This document shows, one piece after another, positions 16,151 to 34,092 of a stretch of DNA of 64,000 nucleotides. The DNA is from the human T2T-CHM13v2.0 reference genome, Homo sapiens, in assembly GCF_009914755.1 (NCBI RefSeq), contig NC_060940.1. The stretch is one strand, 5' to 3'. Position 1 is the first letter of the stretch. Every line of letters starts with the position of its first letter. Under the pieces are notes generated by a model. That model saw nothing but the letters and a program-made list of their open reading frames with translations. It was not told the origin of the DNA and made no database searches. The translations under genes and the position numbers were made by a program.

Positions 16151-16420
16151 AAATGTAGTTTGCCATGCTCAATTATCATTATCCTGAAATCTTTGTATTT
16201 ATTCTATTAAAATTATATATATTTTGACAATAAAATACATTTTCTTATATAAAAATTAGGGGTTTTAATCATAAGGCACATGGGAATGTTGTTTTGGAGA
16301 AAGATTACTCAAAATGAAGTAAGAAGAAAATTCAAATCCACGTCCCTTGAAATGGTCAAGAACGTCACCATCTAGACAAACCATAATGCATCTATTGCAC
16401 ACTGATCTAAAAGAAAGGTA

Positions 16421-16704
<284 letters not shown>

Positions 16705-16769
16705 AAAAGAAAGAAAGAAAGAAAGAAAGAGAGAAAGAGAAAAGGAGAGAGAGAGAGAAAAAAAGAAAG

Positions 16770-16804
<35 letters not shown>

Positions 16805-16829
16805 GAAAGAAAGAAAGAGAGAAAGAAAG

Positions 16830-16891
<62 letters not shown>

Positions 16892-16917
16892 GAGGGAGGG
16901 AGGGAGAAGGAAGGAAA
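16705..16917 (+). repeat. (GAAA)n/(GA)n/(GGAG)n compound polypurine microsatellite from the Alu tail
   Basis: 213 nt containing only A and G. Confidence 0.97.
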
Positions 16918-17422
16918 TAACAATTGCATGATTTTTGAAGATAGACTATACATCAGATATTTCCAACATTTTTACTCTTACACATGCCTTTTATTATACT
17001 TTTGTCTAGTAAAGAAATGGTGTTTGTTAAAATGTAGTTCTATTTAAAAACCATCAGCGATGTATATAATGGGTGAATGTACAACTACCACAAGTCTTGT
17101 GAAATAGTAGACTAGCTCAAAGCCCGTTCACTTCCCTCTGAGATTTAGAGGTTGAGTGAAAGAGAGCAGGGTGTATGTGTGTTGGCCAGAGGAGGGGGCA
17201 GTCAGGTTGGTAACTACTGATAAATAAAATTAATCAGAGCCTTAAGCCACGAGATAACCTTTTATAAATATGTAGACATAGTCTGTCTTAATAAACATTG
17301 TATTTTAAGTGACTGTGATTAGGTCCACACTGTCTCAAATCCCCTGGATAATTTTCCAACCCTCTATAAAAGCCAAAACCTAAAAGTGACAAAAGACCTA
17401 ACCATGCGACATGTTTTGGGAT

Positions 17423-17557
<135 letters not shown>

Positions 17558-17734
17558 TGTTTCAGGGATTTTAGGTGACCCATCATCTCCCTTTGCAGCA
17601 AAAGACAGCAGCAGCCATTAAGCCTCAGAGTTGAAACTGAGTGCAACTCTGGATTCTCATTGTTCTAGAAATGAATGAGATACACAGTAAGGAAATCCAC
17701 AGAATAGTATAATAGAATGTTATTTGTTGTTCAG

Positions 17735-17885
17735 AGAAGGGTCATAAACTTCTTCTGTAAAGGGCCATGTAGTAATATTTCTTGTTTGTGGGCCACATAT
17801 ACAGTCTGTGCCAAACTACTCAACTCTGTGCTTGTAGAAGGAAAGCAGTAGCTGTGTTCCAATAAAACTTTATTTACAAAAACAT
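17735..17885. mobile_element. MER58-type hAT DNA transposon
   Basis: aaacttcttctgtaaagggcca; actactcaactctg; gctgtgttccaataaaactttatttacaaaaaca. Confidence 0.75.
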
Positions 17886-18110
17886 TGCCAGGCACAGTGG
17901 CTCATGCTCATAATCCCAGTACTTTGGGAAGCCAAGGCCAGAGGACAGCTTGAGCCCAGGAGCTTGACACTAGCCTGGGCAGCGTAGCAAGACCCTGTCT
18001 CTACACATAACTTAAAAAGTAGCTGAGTGAGGTGGTGGGTACCTGTAGTCCCAGCTACTCGAGAGGCTAAGATAAGAGGATCTCTTGAGCCCAGGAGGTC
18101 AAGGGAATGC
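17886..18110 (+). mobile_element. AluJ, 3' part missing
   Basis: gccaggcacagtggctcatg; AluJ-type cttgagcccaggag in both arms. Confidence 0.88.
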
Positions 18111-18198
18111 AGACTTAATCTATGCATTGTAGTTTTCCAATTCCTGCTCTAGGGGTCCATTATTAATATGATTACTTTGATTATATTTTGATATGGCA

Positions 18199-18229
<31 letters not shown>

Positions 18230-18237
18230 ATGTGTGT
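18199..18237. repeat. (TG)n microsatellite, interrupted
   Basis: Directly visible. Confidence 0.95.
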
Positions 18238-18520
18238 AATGACATGAACTTTAGGAGCGAATTAGACTATAGGAAATAAAGGAAAATTGGGATAAAAAAA
18301 TAAGATGAAGTCCTGTACAATTGCTAGATAACTCTGAGCATCTTAGAAGCCAAATCAAAAAGAGGAATGTGCATATTGGATTAAGGTAGGTAGAATAATG
18401 GCTTCCCAAACATATCCATATCCTACTGCTCAAAACCCACAAATATGTTGGGTTACATGGCAAAGAGGATTTAAGGTTGCAGATGGAATTAAGATTGCAA
18501 ATCAGCTGACCTCAAAATAA

Positions 18521-19176
<656 letters not shown>

Positions 19177-19951
19177 CACAAGGGTCTTTTAAAAATGTAA
19201 GAGGGAGGCAGAAGAGGGAGAACCAGAGTTGGAATCATGATGAAGATAGACAGGTTATTACTGGCTTTGAAGACTGAAGCAGGCCATGAGCCAAGGAATA
19301 CAGGCAGCCTCTAAAAGCTGGAAAAGGTGAGAAGGCGAATTCCCCCTTGCAGCTTCCAGAAAGGATCACAGCCCTGCCAACCTCTTTATTGTAGCCCAAT
19401 GAGACCCTTCTCAGATTTCTGACAGCCAGAATGGTAAGATGATAGATTTGTGTTGTTTTAAGCCACCAAGTTTGCGGTAGCATGCATCAGCAACCATAGG
19501 AATCTATTATATCAGTTCATAACATAGAGTAGAAATTTCTTTGTGGGTCTTTATAATGAGCCTATTATGTAATAATCAACAAAATGCCCACAATGATTCT
19601 AATGGCAAGTTTCCTGTACCTCTTCCCTAAAACAACCCTTGAGCAGGCTGAGAGCAAACAGCAAATCACAGAAGAGCAAATGCTCTTTTATGAGCACCCG
19701 ACAATGTGAGATCCAGATAGGCTGTTCTCTAAGAGTCTGGCTTAATGTGAGAATAAAATGTGGAATATCTAGATCAACATTCTCGGAAGTGTGGGATGTT
19801 ATTCTGTTTCAGGAGAAAAAGAAATGTGTTCATGTATGTGTAGGAAAAGGCTTAAGCAAAATTAAACAGTTGTCTTTATGTTGAACTTCTCCGAATCTTC
19901 AACATGCTTATGTGAATTTCCAAGAGGGTAATAGTATATTCAGACATTTCT

Positions 19952-20252
19952 TATTTATTTATTTATTTATTTATTTGAGATTGAGTCTCACTGTTGCCCA
20001 GGCTGGAGTGCAGTGGCGTGATCTCGGCTCACTACAACCTCCACCTCCCGGGTTCAAGCAGTTCCCTGCCTCAGCCTCCTGAGTAGCTGGGATTACAGGT
20101 GCCCACCACCACACCTGGCTAATTTTTTGTATTTTTAGTAGAGACAGGGTTTCACCATATTGTTCAGGCTGGTCTTGAATTCCAGACCTCGTGATCCACC
20201 CACCTCGGCCTCCCAAAGTGCTGGGATAAGGCGTGAGCCACCACGCCTGGTC
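19952..20252 (-). mobile_element. AluS with (TTTA)n tail
   Basis: Perfect 16-bp TSD atattcagacatttct (19936, 20253). Confidence 0.96.
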
Positions 20253-20850
20253 ATATTCAGACATTTCTAACTATGAGTGCTTTTCTTTTTCCTGAAGTAT
20301 CATGAGTTGGGTGTCTTGCATAACACGTTTTGCAAAACTTGGACCTATAGTCATGAAAAAACTCAACTGACCCTTCGGGAATTCTTGCATGTTCTCTGAA
20401 TGTTAAGGAAACTCATGCTCAGAGAAGTCAAGAGGTTGGTCTCTGGAGCTGCCCAGAGTGATGAGTCCATAATTGTCTCAGCCTCTTATCCATGATCCAA
20501 GCACGCAGGCTGTATTCCCTCTGGTAAGGGTGGGCTCCAGGGTTTCCCCTCAACAGACTGAACCCATTGTACTAACTATAAAAGCAGTCAGGCCTAGACT
20601 TGTGTGAGACCCACTAGAATAGCTACTCAGTTTGTAGCACATGTTTCTGGATTGAAACCTTATCTAGGAGAGTTATAAAGTTTACAGACTAAGCTTAAAG
20701 GAAAGGAGCATAACACAGCCAAGTTGTTTGGGGTGCACTGGTCTTGGTTCACCCTGTATTCACCACCCTTGCCAGAATGGAACCCTTTTTTGTACACCTT
20801 CCAGAGAGGCAGAGCTTAACCGGTAGCACCACCATTTAGAAGGAGAGAGA

Positions 20851-20869
20851 ATATATATATATTTGCAGC

Positions 20870-20914
<45 letters not shown>
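20851..20914. repeat. (AT)n microsatellite in two blocks
   Basis: About (AT)6 ttgcagct aa (AT)21 ttgcagct. Confidence 0.95.
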
Positions 20915-20917
<3 letters not shown>

Positions 20918-20955
20918 CAGCTTTAAGTCTTATTTTTTATTTTAAAACATTTCCA

Positions 20956-21244
20956 GGCCAGTTGCAGTGGCTTACAACTGTAATCCCAACAGTATGGGAG
21001 GCAGAGGTGGGCAGATTGCTTGAGCTCAGGAGTTTGAGACCAGCCTGGGCAACATGGTAAAACCCCATCTCTAAAAAAAAAAGTACAAAAATTAGCTGTG
21101 AATGGTGGCACACACCTGTAGTTCCAGCTACTGGGGAGGCTTAGGTGGAAGGATCACTTGAGCTTGGGAGGTGGAGGCTGCAGTGAGCACCACCGCACAC
21201 CAGCCTGGGTGACAGAGAGAGACCCTGTCTCAAAAAAAAAAAAA
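20956..21244 (+). mobile_element. AluJ
   Basis: AluJ-type gattgcttgagctcaggag and gagaccctgtctc; A tail. Confidence 0.93.
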
Positions 21245-21410
21245 GTTTCCAAACGATGGGTCATTTATTACTAGATAAATTTATCCTGTGTTGTTACATG
21301 TGGAGAAATAAAAGCTAAGCTACAAAGTGGCCCCACAGTGCATCTTCTGTTGGTGTACATCAGAAAGGGAAATGCCATCATTAGCATCCTCTTAAGATTT
21401 AGTAACTATT

Positions 21411-21722
21411 GACCGGGTGCGGTGGCTCACATCTGTAATCCCAGCACTTTGGGAGGCCAAGGCAGGTGGATCACGAGGTCAAGAGATCGAGACCATCCTG
21501 ACCAACATAGTGAAACCCCGTCTCTGCTAAAAATACAAAAATTAGCCAGGCATGGTGGCACATGCACATGCCTGTAGTCCCAGCTACTCAGGAGACTGGG
21601 GCAGGAGAATCTCTTGAACCCAGGAGGCAGAGGTTGCAGTGAGCCGAGATTGTGCCACTGCACTCCAAACTGCCAAACTGGTGACAGAGCAAGACTCTGT
21701 CTCAAAAAAAAAAAAAAAAAAA
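21411..21722 (+). mobile_element. AluSc-like
   Basis: gatcacgaggtcaagagatcgagaccatcctg; TSD agatttagtaactatt / agatttagtagctatt. Confidence 0.94.
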
Positions 21723-21861
21723 CAGATTTAGTAGCTATTAATATTGACAGTCACTGTGCTCTTTACCCCAAAATTTCCATAATACTTGTAATTTTATCTT
21801 TAAGACAATAATTTTTTTTCCAACGTAAGACGCAAATTCACAATAGAGCAGGCACATTTCA

Positions 21862-22292
<431 letters not shown>

Positions 22293-22539
22293 TCATGAGG
22301 GACACCCCCAGGAATGGAATTAGCACCCTCATAAAAGAGACCCCAGAGAGCTGCCTTGCCCATCCCACCATGTAAGGACACAGTGCAAAGGCGCCCTGTA
22401 TGAAGCAGAAAGCAGGCCCTCAACAGACACTGCATCTGCTGGTGCCTGGATCTTGGACTTCCCAGACCCTAAAACTGTAAGCAACACATTTCTGTTGATT
22501 AGAAGTTACCCAGTGTAAGGTATTTTTTCATAGCAGCCC

Positions 22540-22898
22540 TGATATGGTTTGGCTGTGTCCCCACCCAAATCTCATCTTGAATTGCAGCCCCCATAATTCC
22601 CACATGTTGTGGGAGGGACCAGGTGGGAGATAATTGAATCATGGGGGCGGGTCGTTCCCATGCTATTCACATGACAGTGAGTAAGTCTCATGAGAGCTGA
22701 TGGTTTTATAAAGGGGAGCTTCCCTGCACCATTTCTCTCCTCTTGTCTGCCGCCAAGTGAGATGTGCCTTTCACCTTCCACCATGATTGTGAGGCCTCCC
22801 CAGCCATGTGGAACTGTGAGTCCATTAAGCCTCTTTCTTTTGTGAATTGCCTGGTCTCGGGTATGTCTTTATCAGCAGCGTGAAAACAGACTAATACA
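22540..22898 (+). mobile_element. THE1 solo LTR, complete
   Basis: Starts tgatatggtttggctgtgtccccacccaaatctcatcttgaa, ends gaaaacagactaataca; TG...CA termini; perfect 5-bp TSD agccc (22535, 22899). Confidence 0.95.
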
Positions 22899-23561
22899 AG
22901 CCCAAACAAACACAATGGCCAAACAAAACTTACTGGGTTTAATGCAAACCAACCCATTTTAAATGATCCAATAAATACTTGCCAAAGGATTGATACTGAT
23001 TGAACTTAAATTCTCTTGATAATCTTGTACGTCTTTCAATTCAAAATATCAAAATAAGATCTAGTTACGTGAAACCTCTAAAGTTCTATGTCACTATCAG
23101 GGACACTGCTATGATTTCACATTATGCTCTGGGGACAGGGGGGTTTTAGGAAGCCCCCAAATTTCTAAATTCATCCAAGACATCCCAGAGAAGTAGCCAC
23201 ATGGTCCCTCAGGTGAACTTCCTGGAGTCATTGATTTTGCATCATGCCTGAGCTATGTGCTCAAAGTAAAGAGGGGTGACAGGGGCTGTAAAAGCTACAT
23301 TTTCTGATCCAGCAAGTGAAGGAGCAGCCCAGGCTCCATTCAGGTGCTTCCTTCGCTGTGGGAAAAATTAGACCTCTGTTCCCATCTTCCTCTTGCCCCT
23401 CCCCCCACTCATTCCACATCTAAACAGCTGCCTGACTTAGAGGGAGGGCTAAGGGAATGTGAAGTCAGAGAGGGAAGGGTTGGCGCAGCATGGCAGGTCC
23501 ATGAGAAGGCCATATAGGCAGTTCTATGTTACAAGTCAGATGGAATAAATGAAATTTTTGA

Positions 23562-24049
<488 letters not shown>

Positions 24050-24352
24050 GGACATACACTATTTAAGAAGCACAAACAAGGTTTTACATCCATCCCAAGA
24101 ATCCCAAACTAGATTTGCAGACTCAGATCTGTTCGTATCTTAGCATCCATGTACGGGGCCTATGCATTCAGGCTTCTGTGATTACCAACTAACATGGTAT
24201 GGTCCCCTAGGAATCTGCTTGAAGCAGCTAGGTAAGAAGCACATTTCAAATCAATTTTGGGCCACATGCAATCCTGAGCTGCACACTCCTCAAAAACTTT
24301 TCAAGGAATTGCTTTACACCTTGCAAACATGAACTTGAAACTATCTTTCACA

Positions 24353-24835
24353 CTGTGGCAATTGTTTACAAAGACTGCTGCAAAGTTTCCTCCCATCCCT
24401 TCATGCACTCCCTTTGCAATGTGACTCTGCAGCTTCCTGATCAAGAAGTAGTGTCTATTTCTTCACCCCTTGAATCTGGGCATGACCATGCAACTTACTT
24501 TAGCAAACGTGATGCAATTCGAAGCTTGAAAATAAATTGTGCATTGTGAGTTTTCCTCTTTTGGCTGCTGTGGGAATCCTGAAGACTTGATGTGAATAAG
24601 CCCTGCTAAATACTGGAAGACAAGTGGCCCAGCCGACAGCCATCCCTAGTGCCAGACAAATGAGGGAGATTACCTTACACCATCTGCTCGCACTCCACCC
24701 ATCCAGCCCCAGCTGATACCAATAGCACTGCCCAGACAATTCCAGCCCAAATCTGGTGAACAAATTAAAGGGTGATTGTTTTGAGCCTCTATGGTTTGGA
24801 GTAGTTTGTTATTCATCAACAGATAAGAGACACAC
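24353..24835 (+). mobile_element. MLT1 MaLR LTR (H-like)
   Basis: ctttgcaatgtgactctgcagcttcc; ccccttgaatctggg; ttgttttgagcctctatggtttggagtagtttgtta. Confidence 0.75.
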
Positions 24836-25319
24836 AGACCAATTTTTCCACCTGCATAAGACTGGACACTGTAAAAGTAAAAGGACAAAAGGAACTGTTG
24901 TCCATAAGCAATTAAACATTTCTCTCTAGCTCATCAACATAGATTACACAGGGTCTCTTGGTTATTAACAACAAATTGGAGTGAGCTCTTGCTGCTGCCG
25001 CTATTCTTGTTATATAAGTTCGCCAATCAAAACAAGTGTTTTCTAAAGACAGTCCTGGTGGTATTATTTTCTACCATTTTCTAGGAACTAGCCTAAAAAA
25101 ATCTTCTAAATCAGCAAACCTCCAGAAGCCGCACACTCTTCCTCTACAACGGAATAAAAAGCTTAAGATTTGGTAAAAAGAAAAAAACAAGATTATAGTA
25201 CTGCTATCAAAATATTGACTGAAGGAACTCAAAGAGCTTCAACACTGCTGTCCATGAAAGAGTAATATTATCTCCAACCTTGAAGGAACAGAAGGTGGGA
25301 CCATCGGCTTTATTTAGAA

Positions 25320-25610
25320 TAAGACAAATATGGATTTAAATCCTGGCTCTACCATGTTTATAGCTGGAGAACTTCCGTATTCAAAATAGTTGTAATAACA
25401 GCTAACATTTATTGTTTATCATATATCAAATATTGTACCCGATAATCGATATCATATAATCTTTACAACAACTCCATGGGATAGATTCTATAAATATTCC
25501 CATTTTACATCAGGCTTACAGAGATTAAGTAACTTCCCAAGAAAAACACCCAGTATATATGGTGGGGCCTGAATTTGAACCCAGACAATATGATTCCAGA
25601 AAGCATCTTC
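25320..25610 (-). mobile_element. MIR fragment(s)
   Basis: cccattttaca...agagattaagtaacttcccaag...gaatttgaacccagac. Confidence 0.65.
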
Positions 25611-27893
25611 TACAATATTTCAGCATGCTGTCTTTCAAGTTATATAAGGTAGTCACTTGTTCTTCATTAATTTTTAAAATTTATTGAGATACTGATTCAT
25701 TGATTCAGTCCTTCTAAAAATGTTTAAGGAGCACCTCCTCTATGCGAAAGATCTGAAGAGCTGGGGGACATCAATGGTAATATTGCTGTTGACTTCATAG
25801 GTTTTCAAATTTAGAAGGTAAAAGAGATTATCATCAAATAACTCAGCCTCTCCCTACATCAGCACACCATGAACCCTGTTTTCAGATTGACCTTTTCCTG
25901 TTGCAGATCAATGTCACTGCTTTGTCTGAAATCCTCCTCCAGGATTCTGGTGGTTTGAAAATACGTCCACAGATTATTCGATATTCCTCTCTTCAAGAAG
26001 CGGACCTTAATTCTCCTCTCCTTGATTCTGTCCTGGACTTAGTGACACTTCTAATAAATAGATTGAGGTGGAAATGATAGTGCGTAGGAGGGCAAAAGTG
26101 TGGACAGGAGGTAGGAAGTCTCTCCTGAATGAAACTCTAAGAGTTTCATTTGTAATGTGAAATCAGTACAATCTTCAGATGGGGAGCTACAGAAGAGAAC
26201 CCAAGGACCAGGCCAGGAGGTGTTTAACACCCTTTTTATATAAACGAATACACCCAGATGTACAGCCAGATGCCAATGACACTGGGCTTCTATTTTATTT
26301 CTTAACTATGGCATTCCTAGAGAGAAGGGAGGGAATTAAAGGAAGAATTAAAGGAGGTAACTATTTTTAAAGAGCCAAGAGATTCCAACACAGTAACAAA
26401 GGTTGCCTCTGTATATTTTTAACTGCAAGAATTACTCTTCCCTAGGAAAAAGAAATTACTGCCATTTCTCAACTGAATTATGGTGTCGCATCTTTGCCCA
26501 AGTGCAAATACTTTGGGATCGATACGTTAGAGTTCACGATGGAACAATTTACCCATCCAATTCTAAGGGGGAACGTGAATTAAAGTAGGTATTTTTGTAG
26601 GTGAGAGTTTCAGTGAAAATATGCCATCTCATTTCTAGAGCATTGACACTTAATCGTCTAATTATTCCTGGCATGAAAGAAACAAAGTTAACATCCAATC
26701 AAGGCAGAAAGAGGAGCCACCAGAGCTCCGAATGAAACAAATGTTTTAAATTTTATAAATAGTTTTGAACTATACCATTTTATTTTGGCTGGCAAACAAT
26801 AAGATTCTTAACAATGAAATTAGAACCATTGAAGAAACAAAATAGGATCGCAGATGAATGCCAAGTTGTTCAACAAGAAATTACGAAAAACTTGGCAGCA
26901 GCTATGACTCTCTAGGGGACACCACAGGTCTCTAAAAGTAAAGTTAGCAGTAACTACTTGGCAATCAGGAAAAACAAGAAGGACTTATACAAGGACAGAG
27001 GGCCCTTGGGCTTCATCAGCTTATAATAAATAGCATTTCAAAAGTAGCACTTTTCAGAGATAATATATAAATATTTTAAGTAGCAAATATAGGTGTGGGC
27101 TATTTTTTCCAGTACCATGTCCAGAAAATTTGCACATACACATCAAACTCTGCATCTGGGGAATCTGTTTTATTGTGATGTTTGCATTTTTAAACAATGC
27201 GCCTGACCTATTTGAGGGTTAATATAACTAAATGGAGCCTGTTTGCTGTTTATTATTTATAGAAGATTCACTTTGGATTAGGGCTTCTCAAGACATTCAA
27301 GACATTTGCGTTTGAGCTGCACCGAGAAGTGTTCCCGGATAGCTCCCAGCACCGCGGCAGGCAAGAAAGTGACAAGTGAGAATATAGACCAATCTATGTC
27401 CTGTGCTTTCATGAAGGATAAGAGGAAAGTTGGGTTCTTTCCGCTACATAAAGGCCACGGGAACGAGAGAAAAGAAGGGCTTAGCACTGGCCTCTGTCTC
27501 ATAAGCACAAACTCGGGTTCTTAGAGTACCATAAAGGAAAGCCCTCCAAATCAATGTAAACAGTCCCTCCCTTCAGTTAGGATTTCAATTACATTACACA
27601 AAATAAAATATCCACCTTCCATTTACAAGATTTACTTCGAAATCCTTTGCCTGCCTTACAACTGCTAAAGAAAGTAACCTGTGCGTTTCCACATCTCATG
27701 ATGGATTATCAAACACCTACAAATGGCTCTCGGGGTAAGAAGAAACAAAACTATTCAAGAACTAGTACCAAAATAAGCTCTGCTCTCAAGCCTGTCAGTT
27801 TTATGGTCCAATTCTGGACAAAGTTGTCTCCAACTCTGCTGACTCAAATAAACATGATGGGGTGTTTCGTTTTAGCTAAAAAAAAAAAAAAAT

Positions 27894-28499
<606 letters not shown>

Positions 28500-29026
28500 A
28501 AAAATTTTTATTAAAAAACATGTGTTTTCAGTTTCTTTTAGTTGAACAGGTAACAGTGGATAGCAAGAATGGCCCCTCTGTGCATTTTTCTAAGTTTTTG
28601 TGTTGAGAATATGAATGTCTCTCAATGGCCATGGGCCTGCTCTTCACCGCATCTCTCTCCTTTTTCATTATGGTAACGAATGCTGGAAGCTCTCCAAAAT
28701 ACAAAGTCAACCTGACAGTGACAAATATGAAGCAAAAGGCCACATGATGATTAAACCATTTACCGACCAATGGAAAAAACAGCCATGATTGACTCAAGAA
28801 CTCCAAAAGCCAAGTACTCCACTAAGCTGAGGCAGTTGAGAGCCACGGTGTGGCTAACTCCAAGCCAGGCGAGGGTAACTTGCTCAGAGGCACAGCGCTG
28901 CCTCCTTATTGCAGACCTATTTACACAAGGGATTACAAAAAAGCTGTATATTTAAGGGTAAGCCACTCCTCCTATACCCCGATGGGGTGGTGCCAGTCAG
29001 TAAATATTTTTCAAGAGCCCTTTTAG

Positions 29027-29244
<218 letters not shown>

Positions 29245-29284
29245 AGCTGGCTGAGACTAAATAAAATGTTTTATGATAATAATC

Positions 29285-29640
29285 TCCTCTCATTTGTCAT
29301 TTCCCACTTGATAGATGAAGAAACAGCTTTGAAGAAATCAAACTGCTTGCCCAAGACCACAGAACTAGTCAACAGAAGGTCTGGGATTCAAAGTGAGGTT
29401 TTCTGGCGTTGAGTCCAGGTCTTTCTCTAGAAAAGGAAAAGAACAGGGAGAAAAGGGTATACGTTTAGGCTCCAAACCTAGTTCCATTTATTAGCAGCTT
29501 TGTCATTTCAGCTTCTTTCATTTCCAAAACAGGGATAATTCGCCCTTTCCTCCCAGGGCTGCCAAGAGAATGCGATAAGATGGCCTTTGTGAAGCTCCGA
29601 ATACAGGGCAGTGCCTGGCTCACAGCAGGTGCTCAGGAAG
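29285..29640. mobile_element. MIR fragments in both orientations
   Basis: agatgaagaaac...cttgcccaagaccacagaactagt...ctgggattcaaa; cagtgcctggctcacagcaggtgctca. Confidence 0.6.
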
Positions 29641-31699
29641 TGCCTGATCCCTCTTCCCTGTCTGACTCTAGGGTACCCATTTGTCTCAGTATCTCCACTG
29701 CCTTCTCTCCCACTCACACCCAGGCTCGGCAAGAAGGACTCAGCTGCGTAAGGGGCCCAAAGAACAAAGCAGATGTAGGAGCAACAAAGGAGAGGGGGTA
29801 AGGGAGGTGGAAACTGTCTTATGCCAAGAGATAACTTAGACTTGTCCTGACTATAATTTGGGTTCTCCACAAAAGAGAGTAAGAGGGAAATTGCAGCTCA
29901 AACCCACTGGGGACTCTGAGAGATGAAATATTACATGGCCCAGAGTAATTCCAGCCAAGGGCAGAGGTAGGGTGTATCCACTAAACCTTCATTTGTCATT
30001 GGTTGAGGGCTTTCAGTGGCATCAACCCTCTGCTAATTCAGGTTTGTCCTATGCTGGCCAAGGACCTGCAGCCAGAAACAAACAAACAAAAACGAACAAG
30101 TCAGGCAGAGAGTTAGTAATGAGCAGCCTTAAGTATAGAGAGGTGAGTTCCCCATAAGATATGGGCAGAACACCGTCAGGGTCTGCCACAGTAACTAAGA
30201 TTGCTTCAAGTAGTAAAGAGGTGGATATAAGAGTCATACCTACAGACTCATCCTGAAGCTGGCACTGTGACACATACACTTTTGTGTAGACTGTTGGGAT
30301 AACCTTGAGCCAAGGAAACAGTGTGTTGGGTTGGGTCATGATACTGAACCAAAGAGCCATACATAAAAGATATATTAAGCTATCTCTAACTCACAACCAT
30401 TCAGCCTAGAAAGCTCTTCATACAATTTGGAGGTGAAGATGCACCAACAGGGCCTGAAAGTGGCATGTTGCTCAGCTCCAAATTCATTGCTTTCCCTTGT
30501 GTGGGTTTGTATGTAATGTCAGCCCCGTCAAAGCCAGCAGATTTGTGACCCTGGTAAGTGGCAGTCTGATTTATTCTCTAGCCCTTTTCCTTCTTCCACA
30601 GCAATCCCCACACAAAAATCCTTCCTTAACTTCCATTCCATCTGCTTGGCTGTGGCTTTCATATCTTTAGTCTTCCCTGAGACTTCTGGAAAGTGAAGAG
30701 GCTATTTAAACATAGGTTGTGAGGTAGAAATAAAGTGTTGATGAACTCCAAGCTTAAATTATATAACAATCAATAGTGAGCATTTTATCTAGCATGTAGC
30801 AATTAATTCTAATAGCATCTGTTTGCTTACAGACCATCAAAAAGGGACACGATAGTTAATTTAGAAAAGAAAGGGGAAAATGTAGAAAAAAGAGAAAATG
30901 TGGCAGTTATTTATAAATTTTTTTGTTGGAGAAATTATAGAAATGCAGAGTGGAAAAAATATTTTAAGTGAACTAGCTCTTAGAAAGACCAATTCTGATA
31001 TCACTTATTTCTGGTTTATTTCAAGACAAATGATTCCATGGCATTAGGAAAACATCTATCATGAATTCTCACCTCTTTTTTTTTTTTTTTAGCAATAGTA
31101 AACAATCTGGAAAGTAGAGATCATGTGAGTGTCACGACACATATAAGGTGTTTAAAGTATTTAGAATGGACAAAGTTTTGGAAAATAAAGAGTTTTGTCA
31201 TAAATTCAGGTATAAAGACAAATGAATCACAGTTTCAAAACACAGATGCAGACTGTTTCATTTAGCACATATATTGACCTGTCACTCAATTATTAAAATA
31301 TCTTCCCAATTATTAATTACATTTTTACTGGATAAATCACTGATTCAACATTGTTCCCAAGTTGCTATATACCTGACAATGAAATTCAAGGTGAGTCATC
31401 CCCAGGTCTCCAAGTCATTGATATGCAAATACAGTGAGGAAGTTCTTGTTTTTGTTTCATATACCCAAGAATCAAGACTTGGCTTAAAATTCTACATTAA
31501 GTTCACAGTCCTGACCTGGATATGTGCTAAATTCCAGTTTTAAAATATTTCTGCTTTATTTGTCTACCTACTAATTGTCTTCTTAAAAATGTTTCACCAC
31601 TTTTATTCTGTGGTCACAAAAAAAAAATAGAAACAATTCTAAATCATTTATGAATCTATAAACAAATACTGGTATGGTTGTATGCATGGGCTGGAAAAC

Positions 31700-33175
<1,476 letters not shown>

Positions 33176-33439
33176 AAATAGATATAAAATTGAATATAAA
33201 ATGACAGATGAACATATTTCCCAAAAATAAAAGACCAATGTTTTGTGGACTGCCTGTCTGTCTCAGTCATGTCCCCAGTGGTGTGTGTTTCTCTGTTGTT
33301 TTTACTTTGAAAAGCTTTTCATATAGGGCAAAATTTAGATCGCCAAGTTTTTTGTTACATGACTTTAATTAAAAATTTCTGTCAATATCTATCCAGGGAA
33401 AACAGTCATATTCTGTATTTAAGAAAACAAACACACTAG

Positions 33440-33580
33440 CTAGCATTTATTAAGTACTTACTCTCCCAAATGCCATTGTAAGTGTATTAATTCATTTAAT
33501 CTGCTCAACAACCCTATGAAGCTGACACTGTTATTATTCCTATTTTCACAGATGAGAAACAGTTAAATCACTTGTTTTAA
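33440..33580 (-). mobile_element. MIR fragment
   Basis: catttaatctgctcaacaaccctatgaag...tattattcctattttcacagatgagaaac. Confidence 0.75.
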
Positions 33581-33790
33581 CTGATAGTTCCCCAGGTGGT
33601 ACCTCTTACTTGTACTTTTACACACCAGTGACCCTGCCTGTACAACAATGTAGGGCCACCGTAACAGTTCCAGTCTGCCTCAAGTTTGGGAGACAGAAAA
33701 AGACCACAGGATGAGAAATTTGGGGTTCACATTAAAATGATAACAAGGATATTGTTACATGGCATATACTGAACATTAAAAAGCATTCCT

Positions 33791-34092
33791 GGCTGGGTGC
33801 AGTGGCTCATACCTGTAATCCCAGGACTTTGGGAGGCCAAGGCAGGAGATCACTTAAGCCCAGGAGTTCAAGACCAGCCTGGGTGACATAGTGAGACCCT
33901 CTCTCTACAAAAAAGTTAAAAATTAGCTAGACATTATAGCACACACTTATGGTCTCAGCTACGTGAAAGGCCGATGTGGGAGGATCACTTGAGCTGGGAA
34001 ATCAAGGCTGCAGTGAGCTGTGATCACGCCACACACTCCAACCTGGGAAACAGAGAGAGGGAGACTCTGTCTCAAAAAAAAAGAAAAGAAAA
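33791..34092 (+). mobile_element. AluJ
   Basis: AluJ-type motifs; flanks end in attcct on both sides. Confidence 0.93.

Noticed and set aside
17183-17201. CTCF-like tggccagaggagggggcag
   Set aside because: Needs a 2-nt gap to fit the core motif.
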